Assembly (NCBI GenBank): GCA_965285935.1
Contig: OZ260663.1
Location: forward strand, 66,216,001-66,280,000
Source of the DNA: Ophelia neglecta
Taxonomy: Eukaryota
DNA: 64,000 nt
Reading direction: 5' to 3'
Below the pieces are notes generated by a model that was given only the letters and a program-made list of their open reading frames with translations, made no database searches and was not told the DNA's origin. Position numbers and translations under genes: made by a program. How positions within the stretch are numbered: the stretch's first letter is position 1; each line of letters opens with the position of its first letter. Of this stretch, positions 1 to 12,275 are shown piece by piece.

Positions 1-48
1 AGATATAAAATGGCAAAACACCACATGAGAGCTATGATATCAACTCAC

Positions 49-3000
49 CTAAACATTCCTATTAGGAGATTCAGCAGAAGGACAGTAACCAGTACCATAT
101 AGACACCTAGTAACACCACAGCCAACCAGGAGTTTTCTGCACATCTGGGGTGCGCAAGGGGGGCACTTCGATGTAACGTCAGATTGTAAGTACAACTTCC
201 GGTGTCCCCAACTCCCAAAACTGGAAAATGTCAACGTGGCTTTAAGTGTCTGCTAGGAGCAATCTTTCACACTTTCACCATGTTCATGCCTCATCTTATC
301 AAATATATGCGTGGTCCGAGGTGTACTTACTTTGGTCATCGTTCTCGAACAGCTCGCCAAATATATTCCAGTACGGTTGGTATATTATGCTTATAAAAAT
401 GTACGGCGAAGGTGGCGTGTTTGGATAGCGGAGAGCTTGAACTGTCACTCCGTAGGCCAAAAGGAACACCAGAAGAATCAGCATGAAGCGCAAAATGTCT
501 TTCATCTAATCATCCGCATGAAAACGAACAACATATATGCAATTTGACACAAATTATGAACAAACTAAATGGATCTGAATGCCAGAAAACACTTTCAGCA
601 AATGTCTTTTTTGTGTAATTAGTGTAGCTAACTTCAAATCGAAATTCAATAGAATTATGCAATTTTCCATGCATTTGAGGTTTTTTGCGTTGATGGATGT
701 CTGGAGTAACGTAAGACGTAATAGTTTATTGTGCTCAATCATTACTAACTTGTCCCACAACCGCAATACAAACACTTCGATTGATACTTGATTAATGTTT
801 TCAAATATACTTATTTCCAAAAACAACATGTTGAAAGGAGCACCGAGCTTATGAAATAATGCTTACCATTCTTTTAATCATGATCACTTTCGGCCCAATA
901 GATTCGGAGACATAAAATATATTTAAAATTCGTATGTAACATAAATACAGAGTCAAGCCGTAGCCCATCCGAGCCCAAACAAACGCCGACGAGTCCAAAA
1001 CACAGCGTAAAATTATAGACAACAGCATGAGAATGTGAATAATCATATCCAAGATATTCCATCCACTGGTGAAATAACGTGTCTTCATTTGAACCATCTG
1101 CAAGTAAATATATATAATGGGACCCTCAGCAAATTAAAGCCTGAATAATTACTCAACATTGCCATTAATTGTTAGATCAACCAGTTGTGGCATTTCATCA
1201 GGATGGTTTACTAACTATTCTAACCTGTCTCATTTCTTCTACTAAGGTTGTTCCTGCCCACACCCAGACCACATACTCAACGAAACTGATGTCCTGCTCG
1301 CTTGTAGGACCTAAGTGGGTCACCATGAAGAAACTAAACAGGATTACAAACACTACACTGGCAATCTGCAATATCAAATTGGGGATCATGTAAATCATTG
1401 GAAGATCTAGTAAACTGATATTTAGCATAGGATTTCGTCGTTTCTACCATGATCGACATCTATTCTTGCAGATAATAGTTTCCACAATAGAATAATTATC
1501 TACCAATGTCGATGTAATGTCAAAGTTTAGTTCGCGAGCAAAATAATTTAGCATTTTTGCCAATTTCATCTATTCTATAGATCGGCTTAATTTCAATTTT
1601 TAGTTTTTCCCACTTACCGCGTAGAAGAAAAATTTGATCATAGGGGTGGTGTAGAAGAATGTGAGAGGGGTGAGGAAGTGCCACCTGTCTTCTCCTAGTC
1701 CCCGCCCAAAACAATTCTTTGCAGACGGATGCCAAAGGTCTACCTCCTTGGACCAAGACTCGCTACAAAGCAGTTTACAACATCCAGTTTCTCCTCTTTG
1801 GTTTGCTTGTTTTCTTTTTTCTTTGTTTCTCCTGATAATAGTTAACTTTCTAGCGTCTTTGACGAAACAAAGGTGAAAGGGAAATATCAAGCCAACTACC
1901 ATCTGTTCAAAGTAGAAAATAAGTAAGTTCATAATTGTAAACTGGGAAGTAGTGTATGCTCAGTGGTAGGACTATATTTCCGACATTAAATGGCATACCA
2001 TCCATGTTGGGGTTCCTATGAAGTAACCCCTCCACACTTGTTCCAGTCGTGACTGACAAGAAGTGGTTCCTAGAAACTCTTCACACCCCATGTCATGAGC
2101 CAAAGAAAGGAGAGACGCAGTTTTCGATTCTCCGCTTTGCCATGTCTCCAATTGACTATAAAGAGTTTTATATAGAAGACAATTAACTGAAAGCCTCCTA
2201 GTTAAGTCGTAGAAAATTTAATTCTTACACAACGTGCATAAATGGAAAGTTTTAATATAACCCCGTAACATACATTTATGCAGATGCCAACCAAAGGTGG
2301 AAAATCGGATCCCTTTCTATGGACATATACGTTTAAATTGTTTCCCCGAAGTGCTTTAAAAGGCTAAGCTTAAGATATATAATTATGTAAGGATTCCAAC
2401 TAAAGGACATCACTGAACTCACTGAGATATAAGGGGTAGGTGAAACAAGAGCAGAACTAGTCAGGTTTTAACTTGATCGAATCGATTCCTCGTACCCGCC
2501 AATATGTGCAAGTGGAAGACACGTGCTGCCTACTCTAAATTTAACTGCGGTATACCTATGGCCTCAATTTTCGGCGACTTTTAACTCTCAGGATGTATTT
2601 AACGTCACGAAAAATATAAATCATTCCGTGCTATGATGTGTATACTCAAAATAGACAATAGTAGTCAATACTTACCGAATAATTAACTTAACTGCAGCGC
2701 AACTGTTTATTTCATAGCACTTATCTATAAGGTTCACTGCTAACTTCTCAAATTCGCTGCAATGAAATGACTCATGGCAAAAACGATATACAAGGAAACT
2801 TTATTTTTTATTTTGAGACTATTGGGACTTCGAAGGATACCTTTAGTTGTTGAATCTTAATCAATATGTTCCTCACTTACCCTGCATTGCTGTCGGCGTC
2901 CTTCGCCAATCGAAATTCGTTCTCCGATGTGGCCAGACGACACAAACCGTTTGACAAATGGCTTCCGATAAGTGCAGTTGCTGCGACCGATGAGAATAAT

Positions 3001-6000
3001 AAATACACACAAAATATTAAAGTCGTGTGGTAACGTTACTACGTGTAAAATGTATTTCACTTGTTACAAGAGTTCTCTTGATGTCTCCAGTTGGAAAATA
3101 CTGCCCTAGAGGAAACCCTTCATAAGAATACACGGATAAAATTTTTCTGGATGATGAAGTATTTCACCAGAATAATAGGCCTTGTTATATTTACCTATTT
3201 GATCTTTTGATTGTTCAAGCGCCAGGTATGCCAGATCTTTTTTATTGAATAAGATCGCAAATACAAATAACGAATGTGCTGTGGGAGTGTGTTCATTTTC
3301 TGAAAGTTAAAATTATATTATATAAACCATCACAGATTTTTGGATTTCAAAGGAGATATATTACAGTTACTTCATATGAAAGATAATATCACTATCTATA
3401 CTATATTATATAATTCGCGAAGGGACATACTTAAACTGAAGTTGAATAAATAATGATGTTTCAGGATGTGGAACACAGACGACGTTAGTTTTCTTTTAGT
3501 AACAGGCAACATTGAAATAAAACAAATGTAGTTACGTCTAGAGCTATGCAACGATAATCCAACTCGACTAATTTTGCTGTCAATAAATTTTCCAATTCTC
3601 TCCAATGCCTAGGAAAAATCACTGTGTTATAGTCAATTTGCTTCAATTTTTTTTTTTAACTTTTAATTCAATAAAAAAAATGGAAAAAAAAGTTGGTTTT
3701 GTTTGACACAGTAAAAGTTTAAATGATATTAGGGTGACGTATGCGTTTTTAGCTTACCCCTGCGCTGTTGCCGCTGTCATTTTTGAGAGCTTCCCGAATT
3801 GGGTCATAGACCGTCACTAGATTGTTCTGCTCTTCCTATATGAAAGGAAGGTCACTAGTTTATTAACGGGTTAATTGTTATAACAAATGAAAAAGTTACA
3901 CATGAGGAAGACACACCGTGCCTTTCGGGCATATTAGTCAAATTCTTAAAGATGAACAAATAAATTACTATTGTCAACTCCTGAAAAAAATTGACCCAGT
4001 TGCCTTGAAAATTGGCTGAAACCCATTTCAAAGTTATCAGATCAGTTCAAATTAATAAACCTGGTGCATACTGTGTTATTTGGCTGAAAAGTACATTTCT
4101 TAGAAGTTCAAAATTTTTGCAGTGTATCTCGTATTCTACACAGTTCAATTCACAGAATACGCATAACCTAGATTCGATGTGTTCGTTCTTAAAACGGTCA
4201 GGTTCTATTTTTGGAAGAAGAATACCAGAACCAAAGTGACACTAGTAAAGAGCACTCAATTATTAATACTTATTCTTCTACAATTTTTACAGGCTGATTC
4301 TGATTAAAACAATGTATAAGTAGGTATTTCAGGTGTTACATTGCTTCCCTCTGCCTTTGCCACAATAGATATCTTTGCTTAACAATTTACATTCTGGTAT
4401 ACGACACTTTCTTTGTAAAATGCATATTTTGATTAAGGCTAATTATAATGTTTTTGCTACATGTTCTGACCAATTATTCCTCTGTAATGCGTGATGTCAA
4501 TCAAATATATAATTAAACGATATCTATCCATAATTAAGAACCTATTGACCTATTCCACAACCGCACGCAATGCGTCTACTTTCTACCGGTCCTGGCAGAC
4601 AAACCCCCCCCCCCCCCCCCCCCAAGCAGCTGGCGAAGTTGCAAAATGATGGACACAAGGGAAGAACCGGCGGCTTTGTTTTTAATACGCCTACTTTCAG
4701 AACAGTCGTAGGTATTGTAACATGGGTGCAACGATACCACAGCGTAGCATCCTGAGGAGCCGTATTCCAATAAAGGACACAGATTTTCAAACAGAGAAGT
4801 TAATGAAATATTGTAACCGACGCCATTAAGTATTTAAGACTTGGAAATGATTATACCCAGTGCACGATCGACCGCCAGCTTCAGGCAGAATAGCTTCAGT
4901 CGAGTATTTAAAGTCAAGATGTTCATAAAATATGAAACCAAGATATATATAATGACCAACTTTTTCAAGAGTAACGTTATTATTCCGAATAAGTAAAAAA
5001 GTGAAGTTAGGTGTTGGTTGTTGAAGTGAATTTTTTTTAGATTTAAGTGGATTTAGGCCAATCCTCACTTCCTTGCAGCAATCACGAAAACATCTTAACA
5101 ATAGCTGTGGACCCTCTTGAGATTCGCCAAACAGTACTAAGTCATCAGCATACGGTAGATAACATACTTCTTTGAGTCACGTGCACACCGACATAAAGCG
5201 ACTAAGTTTGCCTTATTTACTACCAATAAATATTATAGTAGCATAACGTGTTACCTGATATCATAGAGTGACAAAACGTGGCACGGTAATGTGGGTGCAA
5301 CGATACCACAACACAGCATAGGGCTGCACAACGTGTCATAACATGTCAAAATATGTGATGGCACGTACCAGACTGTTTTTGCTACGTTGTAACCATGTTG
5401 TTACTACGTTCTACCACGTTGTTACCACGTTGTAGTACGTTGTGGGAAAAACGCCGCTCTTTTTGAAAATGTTAAATTCAACAAATTCAGTTCACGTTTA
5501 GTCAAATTTTTGCCAGGTTGTTCCGCGTTTGATCACGTTGTAACCACGTTCTTTTACGTTTCTGCTAAGGTTCGTAACGTAGCTAAATGTGGATGCCAAA
5601 ATTATGTACATTTTAAAAATACAATGGTCGCATTAACACACATGATAGACAAAGTCTGACATATATATCATTAGACTCAACCTCCAAGGGTAGCTCCTTC
5701 GCTGCCCCGGGCAAGAAATATCCCCCCCCCCCCCCGAAGCGGCGGGAACCACACCCTTGCTCTACAATATTAACAGCGTCGGGGTCTTTTTGTGACACAA
5801 AGAAAGTATCATCAACTCCAATTCAAGGATAGCGCCCCCGCTGCCCCGTAATTCTCTTCTCACCCGAAACAACGAGATCACCACCTTTACTACAACATGC
5901 ACAAAGCTTAGGTCTTTCGGGGACATGAGGTAAGTATCATTAGATTCAATTCAATGATAGCGAGAACACCATCCTAGCTACAACATGCACAACGTTGAAG

Positions 6001-7655
6001 TCTTTCAATGACATAATGTAAATAACTTATATATAGCGTGGGCGATAGGGAATCTCCGTGCACGCCTTATTCCGAGTACCAAACCAATTTTTTTGGTCAT
6101 AAGTTTATTTACTCTGACACACGCGCTGGTAGATCTGTACAATGATTTGATAGATCAGTACCCAGGAAACCTACAGCTATTGTTGATATGTTTGCTTGAA
6201 TGCTGCAATGCATGGAAGTGTGTTTAAATCCAAAAAAATCTTAAATTGTTAACTTAGAATGGTGGTATCACCAGTGAATCAAGGCCAGTATAGTCTGGGT
6301 AACTAGTCACACACCATGCGGGTTGAGGATATGTCACAAAAGTATTCGTAGTGTTTTCTGGCCTTAACAGAGAAGCTAGGACATTTATTGGTTGACAATG
6401 CTATTGGCATATTATCATTGAATGAAACATGTTAAAACGATACAATATCTGATGGTAATATTAAAATTTGTGGTTATACTTAATTAGGAACGGAAGGTAA
6501 CAGGCCAGAATATTTTCCAGATCATGCAATCAATTGTAAATAATTTTGACAATTTTATCGTCAAAAAGGATGGTTAATCTCCGATAAGTTTGTGCATGTA
6601 ACTCACGATGAAGTGGAAAAAGTCCGCATTCGTCATACAGAGAGTGAGAGAATTACTTGATTTCAGAAAGCGTAGATGTAACTTTTAAATAGCACAAGAA
6701 GCCACATGATAAACACTCCTAAAAAGTCCCCACCATAAGACAGCACCGGCTCATCGCATGTTTCAAAAGTTACTAGTGCAGATAACTGCGGACCTTTTTA
6801 CGTAATTCCTCATGTCTCAACCTTTTTACAGGGACAGTTAAAAGAATATATAGTAGCTCATGACTTCACCACTCATAATAATCTCCTAATCGGCCCAATC
6901 ATTCCACACAGGCATAGCTGCATAGGGTCAGTATTGACTTACTAGATGGAAAAATGATGGGTGTGGGAGGAATGCGTTTTAACGACCATTCTCAGTGTTT
7001 CGACAGTTCCGATCACACAAGGTAAAACCATTACGGCATTCATAATAATGTCCACAAATGGTTGGAAAATATTTAAATAAACGGAGTCTTTCAGGGCTCG
7101 GTATTAGGCCCGTTTTTATTTCTCCTTTTCTTTAAACATTTGCCAACTGCAATTAGAGACTCATTTTGTAACATGTTTGCCGACGACAAGGCTCTTAATC
7201 CCAGTAATTTTATTGAAGTTCAGGATTGTCTCCAAAGTGATGTATTTAGAGTGTATTATGTTTCTTATTTTGACTGGGAGAACAGCTGCAGCTGACGGGG
7301 CTACTCAGCAATAAAATTGATACATAAATAAATGAATAGTTAAATAAATAAAAAGATATTTTACTATTTATACCAAAGTAATAACACCGATAAAAGCTGT
7401 CATTATTATATCATTGTCCGTGAGATTATTATAGTTTCCATAAAAACTTCTATTTTCATTATATAATGTGGTTGTCATAAAAGTCTAGCCTTACTTGTCT
7501 GTATAATTCGCATAATTTGTCATCTGTGAAGGCTATTATCGATCCATTACGCAGTTCTGTTTGGATATCTTCAAGAATTTTCCCTGTTTGAGTGGGCACA
7601 TGTCCAGAATCTGCTTCACCCTGAAGCAGGTTAAACGTTGGATTGTCTGGAGAGG
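49..7655 (-). CDS. TRPM-family (TRPM2-like) cation channel, partial: MHR4, pre-S1 and S1-S6; 3' end outside window, 5' end unresolved
   Basis: Phase-consistent GT-AG exons: 7495-7655, 3431-3608, 3195-3299, 2881-2980, 2676-2756, 1999-2155, 1618-1902, 1225-1365, 867-1097, 331-505, 49-220. TRPM-type motifs in the translation: LFVFAILFNKKDLA..QIATALIG, EFEKLAVNLIDKCY, CQSRLEQVWRG, FFYTTPMIKFFF, EEMRQ..WNILD, IGPKVIMIKRMMKD, YQPYWNIFGEL (pore) and VLLLNLLIGMFS (S6). The two most 5' exons are less certain. Confidence 0.9.
4826..5190 (-). mobile_element. Decayed non-LTR retrotransposon (LINE) reverse-transcriptase fragment in a TRPM intron
   Basis: In frame with ORF 4826..5101 it reads ..CYLPYADDLVLFGESQEGPQLLLRCFRDCCKEVRIGLNPLKSK..LEKVGHYIYLGFIFYEHLDF, i.e. 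the YADD motif plus the downstream 'YxYLG' LINE motif. Confidence 0.8.
5330..5590. repeat. Degenerate tandem ACGTTGT(A)ACC motifs, probably subterminal repeats of a DNA-transposon remnant
   Basis: Repeated variants: ctacgttgtaacc, ccatgttgttact, ccacgttgttacc, acgttgtagtacgttgt, tcacgttgtaaccacgttc. Confidence 0.55.
5664..6020. repeat. About three diverged tandem copies of a ~130-bp unit
   Basis: The blocks tatcat(t/c)a..caattcaa(g/t)gatagcg, ctacaacatgcacaa and gtcttt..gaca recur at ~5664, ~5804 and ~5933. Confidence 0.55.
6600..7360 (+). mobile_element. Decayed CR1/L2-type LINE reverse-transcriptase remnant
   Basis: 7083-7190 reads GVFQGSVLGPFLFLLFFKHLPTAIRDSFCNMFADD (QGSVLGP and FADD motifs). 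Broken upstream frames give PNHSTQA and SQCFDSSDH (DLSKAFDSVDH-like). An A-rich (TAAA)n tail lies near 7320-7355. Boundaries are approximate. Confidence 0.8.
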
Positions 7656-7873
7656 CTGCAAAATATACCACAAAATATTAAGAGGGCTATCAATGTCTTT
7701 TTGCAAATTTTAATTCTATATAGCAATATTTGACGCGAGCAAGCTCCACATTATAGTTCATCGGAGATAGTGAACGTTTCCATGGTCACTGCGACGCGCT
7801 GAATACATAGGCCTATTGTGTTTATTTCATGCCATCCTTCGCGTGTACATAATATCACAAACCCACACACTTA

Positions 7874-8261
7874 GGGAGCGTTCATTATTTATGGCCGGGG
7901 GGGGGGGGGGTGGTAAATTTGGGGGGGGGGACAGTTTTTTTTCAACCCATTTCCATGGGGGGGGACAGTTTTTTTTCAACCCATTTCCATGGGGGGGACA
8001 GTTTTTTTTTAGTCTATTCACAGGGTGCGCAATTTTATTTAGAAATATATATTGAACAAAAGCGTGTAGTGAAACTGATAAAACTTAGCCAAATTCTGTC
8101 TTTGATGGGGGGGGGGGCAATTTTTTTCCACCTATTCCTGAGGGGGGGGGGCAATTTTTTTCCCACCTATTTCCAGGGGGGGGGGGGCAATTTTTTTTTT
8201 ACGTACTCATTTCAAAAATTTACCACCCCCCCCCCCCCGGCCATAAATAATGAACGCTCCC
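7874..8261. mobile_element. PIF/Harbinger (Tourist-like) MITE with TTA target-site duplication
   Basis: TIRs GGGAGCGTTCATTATTTATGGCC-G(n)-TGGTAAATTT and AAATTTACCA-C(n)-GGCCATAAATAATGAACGCTCCC. Direct TTA flanks at 7871-7873 and 8262-8264. Internal tandem units G(n)ACAGT(n)CAACCCATTTCCAT and G(n)CAAT(n)CCACCTATT. Confidence 0.85.
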
Positions 8262-8985
8262 TTATGAACTTGCACTCTATAGTGTACCGGAGATACCACC
8301 ATATTTGTACTAGGATATAGCGCAAATACCAACACTTCCTAACTATCATAACAAAGGGTTGAAGGCAGTTAGGTTCGAGGGGTTACGTACCTATTAAAGG
8401 GGTTAGGATCCCCTATATACTTCTCCAAATCACCGCGGTCGACGGAAACCACTCCTATGAACCCCCCCCCCCTCGGTTAATTCCCCTTTCTTCTTGTTAT
8501 AGATATGGTAATGTTTTACAATGTCTACTGGCTTAAATGTCGGCAGGTGCATGCGACCTAAATGGCTGGATAATGGGCCAATATGACGAATTTAAAGCCT
8601 ATATAATTATATGAGCTAGCCCCGGCTGTGCCCGAGATGTTGCATACCAGTTGCCTTTGTAATGTTCAATAATTTATTATAAAAACGTATTTAATGGTCT
8701 ACAGGTCAAATGAGGTGAAGAGTCAAACCATTGTAGGTAACAATGCCTCCATCCATCAGTCGATCCATCATCATCATATTGGTGATTGTACTAGGCCTAC
8801 CAGTTTTGTCTCAAATCACGTAGGCCCTACCCAAGTTACTTCCGAATCGATATATTTGTATAAATCCTTAGAAACTATTCCATGATGGATGATTCCATAT
8901 CTTACTATCCAAATTACACAGAGAGATAGACATACAGTCATGTACATGAAGCTCGTTTCTCACGACGTTCTACAAATCACACTAA

Positions 8986-9130
8986 GGGATTGGTCATTTA
9001 CTATGGATGGGGGGGGGGGCAATTCTTGCTGGGGGGGGGGGGGGGTTGGTTCAAGTGTCAGTGAAAATAAAATTTTATGACCCCGGGTTGTCCTCAATTT
9101 GCCCCATAAGCCCGCCTTTTCATTTGCGCC
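8986..9130. mobile_element. Probable single end of a related Harbinger-type MITE
   Basis: taa|GGGATTGGTCATTTACTATGGATG(n) resembles the 7874 TIR (GGG....TCATT...TATGG..G-run). No matching right TIR was found. Confidence 0.35.
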
Positions 9131-9984
9131 CCTTCAGAATGTCAAAAATCTATCTACACATTCTCAGTGTTGTTGTGCAGTGGTCTCTCGCCGTGCGGTG
9201 GCGCGCGGTGCTGGGTTGTCGGCTGTGCCTTGGTGGTTAGTCTGACAGGATTTGAGCTTGCGTGGGATGTATTGTTTTTGGCTTTTATATGGATTAATTA
9301 TGTGTGTTTGTCTTGTACGATCACGTTCATTTACTACTTTTTATATATGTTTTGTCTTTGTCAATTGTGGTCTTTAACTCTTTATTATATCTATTGTTCA
9401 TTCTCTTTTTTCTTTCACTCTAAATGATATGTTTCATAATCTGGTAAAACTAGATTTTAATGATCTTAATGGCAAGAATAGATTAAATAAATTATCTGTG
9501 GAGAGGTGTGCCACTTCAAACATACTGGCCTGGGCTTATCTTCGGCCCGGGCCATAAAGCACTTCAATTATAGCCTCTCTTCCTCATTATTACTGTCTTG
9601 GTTTGTTATAAATCATTCTTGAGTCTATTGGTTCATTCCGGCTTTTAGACGCTACCCACAGCGCCGCACTCTTCTAATAAATAGGCCTAGTAATTGTTAT
9701 GCGGGCAGCTGTGCGAACAGCATTAATCTCTGCTACGAAAAATACTTTGAACTACGCACGGAAGTAAGTCGCCTAACTGAACCCCGAGTCCAGAAAGAGA
9801 AAGTGGAAATATAATAATTGTCAGTAATCATTTCCCATACCGAATACACAGCTTATTCGGAGATTAATGATTTCGTCCAACCAACACCACAACTGTTTAA
9901 AACGACTTTTCCCAAATATTCAATAACATTCCTCTATATGCCTTAATGGCAGGCTCTGGTAGCTTCCTGCCGTTGCCCCCTAGG

Positions 9985-10152
9985 CGAATCTGAGTTTGAA
10001 TATGAATCTATATAAGAATGTTCATCTGAATCTGCATCTGAATGTGCATCTGAATGAGTAACTGAATATGAATCTGAATGAGTAACTGAATATGAATCTG
10101 AATTAGAATCTGAATAGTCTGAATGTGAATAATCTGAATGTGAATCTGAATC
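9985..10152. repeat. Degenerate (TCTGAA)n hexamer-based repeat; Ser/Asp/His-rich open frame on the minus strand
   Basis: tctgaatctgcatctgaatgtgcatctgaatgagtaactgaatatgaatctgaa..., including an exact 24-bp duplication; ORF 9943..10161(-). Confidence 0.85.
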
Positions 10153-10877
10153 CAACTTCACGCCGCTATAGGCCTAGAAATTATAAGTACATGTACTGTA
10201 ACTCGACATCGCCTCACTGCACCGCAACGATTACATGTTGTGTTTAAATTGTTTTACCTGTATCTTGCCATACTTTCGCGTTCGTATAGTATATAGTTTA
10301 CCTGAGATACAAACATGCTTGTACTAGTTGATACCACACATACCAACACATACGTACTTATATCGAATGCCGGTTTATCGTGAAGGAAGACGGGGCGGGA
10401 TCCTCCACATCCTACCCAAAATTACAATAGTAGAGGGAATACTACTCCCACCCCTCCCACTGATCGCCCTGTCATATCATTCTAGATGTGGGAGTGTTTC
10501 ATAAAAGTCGGCTGGCGTCAATGCAAGGTTGCCAAACACCTAGCCAACTTGTATGAATTATATATCCCCTGCAGTACTCGAGACAGTAGCTGTTCAAGCG
10601 TTTGATATTAAAACACTCTTATTAGGTCTAAATTCTAGAGGATAAATGATGTGAGGAATCAAACAATTTTACGTACCATTGTCTCCTTCCGTTGCCATTA
10701 CACAGTGGTAGCTGTATTTAATAAGAATACAAGTAAATATTCCATTCAGTTTCTTACATGTGTGACTAGCCTATTGCACGCGGAGAGAACCCGGATGACA
10801 GTGATTAAAATTCGTCTCGCATGACGGTCTTCTAATCTGACTAAGCGCTACATCCTGCGTTACAAGCGCTGTAACGA

Positions 10878-10994
10878 AGAGGGCAGATCTACCCCGGGGC
10901 CCGGCCCCGGGGACTTAGCCCTCCCAGTGGCCCTATATCTATCATCTTTCGCCCTACCCCAGAAGGGGGCGTTACAATCCTGTATCCGCCAATG
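10878..10994. mobile_element. Possible small hAT-like MITE remnant
   Basis: Ends agagggcagatcta and cctgtatccgccaatg form an imperfect inverted repeat (GGCGGATCCAG-type) around a GC-rich interior. No clear TSD. Confidence 0.3.
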
Positions 10995-12275
10995 AACGCT
11001 TTGTAGTCATGACCTAAATTGCCGTATAGGGTAAACGTAATAACGAATACGCGTACTGGCTACACGTACCACGTTGGGTAATGGAAATTTTGTTGTTGCG
11101 GGGGCCTGTTTCTTTTTTAAAATTTTTGCCCAACACTAGCGATTACTATTATCTCCTTCTGGACCAAAACACAGGAATTAAGTCAACAATACCTAGACAA
11201 GGAAAGGGCGCTTATCACCAATCGCATGCAGCAGGCTATAGCTAGCTGGTGATCAAAGATCGTTGGATCTGGGGAATTCTACTGAACATTCCCATGTATG
11301 TCCAGGGTATAGGTATGCTCTGCAGTAGAGTATCTTCTTCACGAATTTTCTACGTTTCTAAAGTTTTTTTTACAAAAAGGGTATTTTTTTTCGAAAAAAT
11401 TCAATCAAAAAGGTACCTTTTCTTTGGGTTCAATTTTTGAAAAATTTCTATTAACTGTGTACATTTTATAAACTGGTTCTATCATAATGAGCCCCGTTTT
11501 CAAAGCTATGCGGAGCATCCCCGCACTAAAATATAGGAAGTCCCAGACCCCATTCTCTAGTCCGAAAACCCTTTGGTCCGAAAATACAAATAAAACCCAA
11601 ATCATCGTCTCTAACGTTATTAAATGATTGGCATACGGAGGATAAACACCTCGAGATACGCACTTTGTCGCAACCTAATATTTTCTGTTTTTATCATGAA
11701 AGACCTGCAATAATTGTCTCGTATCCCGTGCAATTGAAATTGTGCGACCATGGATGGTCAGATTTTAAAGATACAAACTGCAGAATTGTTTATAATTTTA
11801 GTCACACTGAAAATATAGTTGCTTTGGAAACAAACCAAAATGAGCACATGTTTTCATAGAGGCTAACCTTGTAATACTAATTTATCTACAGCAATGCCAG
11901 TGGACAGGCGCATACTACTGGTAGAAAAACTACTGTCTATAGTTTATAGTTTATACTGCTACAGGTGTTAGTAGTAATATGACCATACTACCATATCAGC
12001 CAAATTGTAGATTTGAAGGGCGCATTAGGTTTTCCATAAAAGACCACCCTAAACGTTTTATGTCAACCAATGACCAGACTTGTATCCAGAAATCAAATTT
12101 ATTCACATTAAAATGAGAAATTCGGAAATGAAAAGAATATTTTGATTAGTACTGGGACTTGCTTCGTCACATGCAGCTAGAGATTGAAATTTTATGGCCG
12201 CTTAATCCCTATGTAAAGAGGTAGATTTAATTGATTATTTTTAATTACCATATTTACCTACATTCAATTTGAGAA

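Noticed and set aside
1946-2560. tRNA-like A-box and B-box fragments (also near 18730)
   Set aside because: No cloverleaf can be built; at most these are decayed SINE heads, too weak to call.
2833-2841. U12-type donor GTATCCTT on the minus strand
   Set aside because: It lies inside a normal U2 intron with a canonical gtaag donor at 2880, and no U12 branch site was seen.
7816-8320. Gly/Phe-rich and Pro/Lys-rich ORFs
   Set aside because: Artefacts of G-runs and T-runs in the Harbinger MITE.
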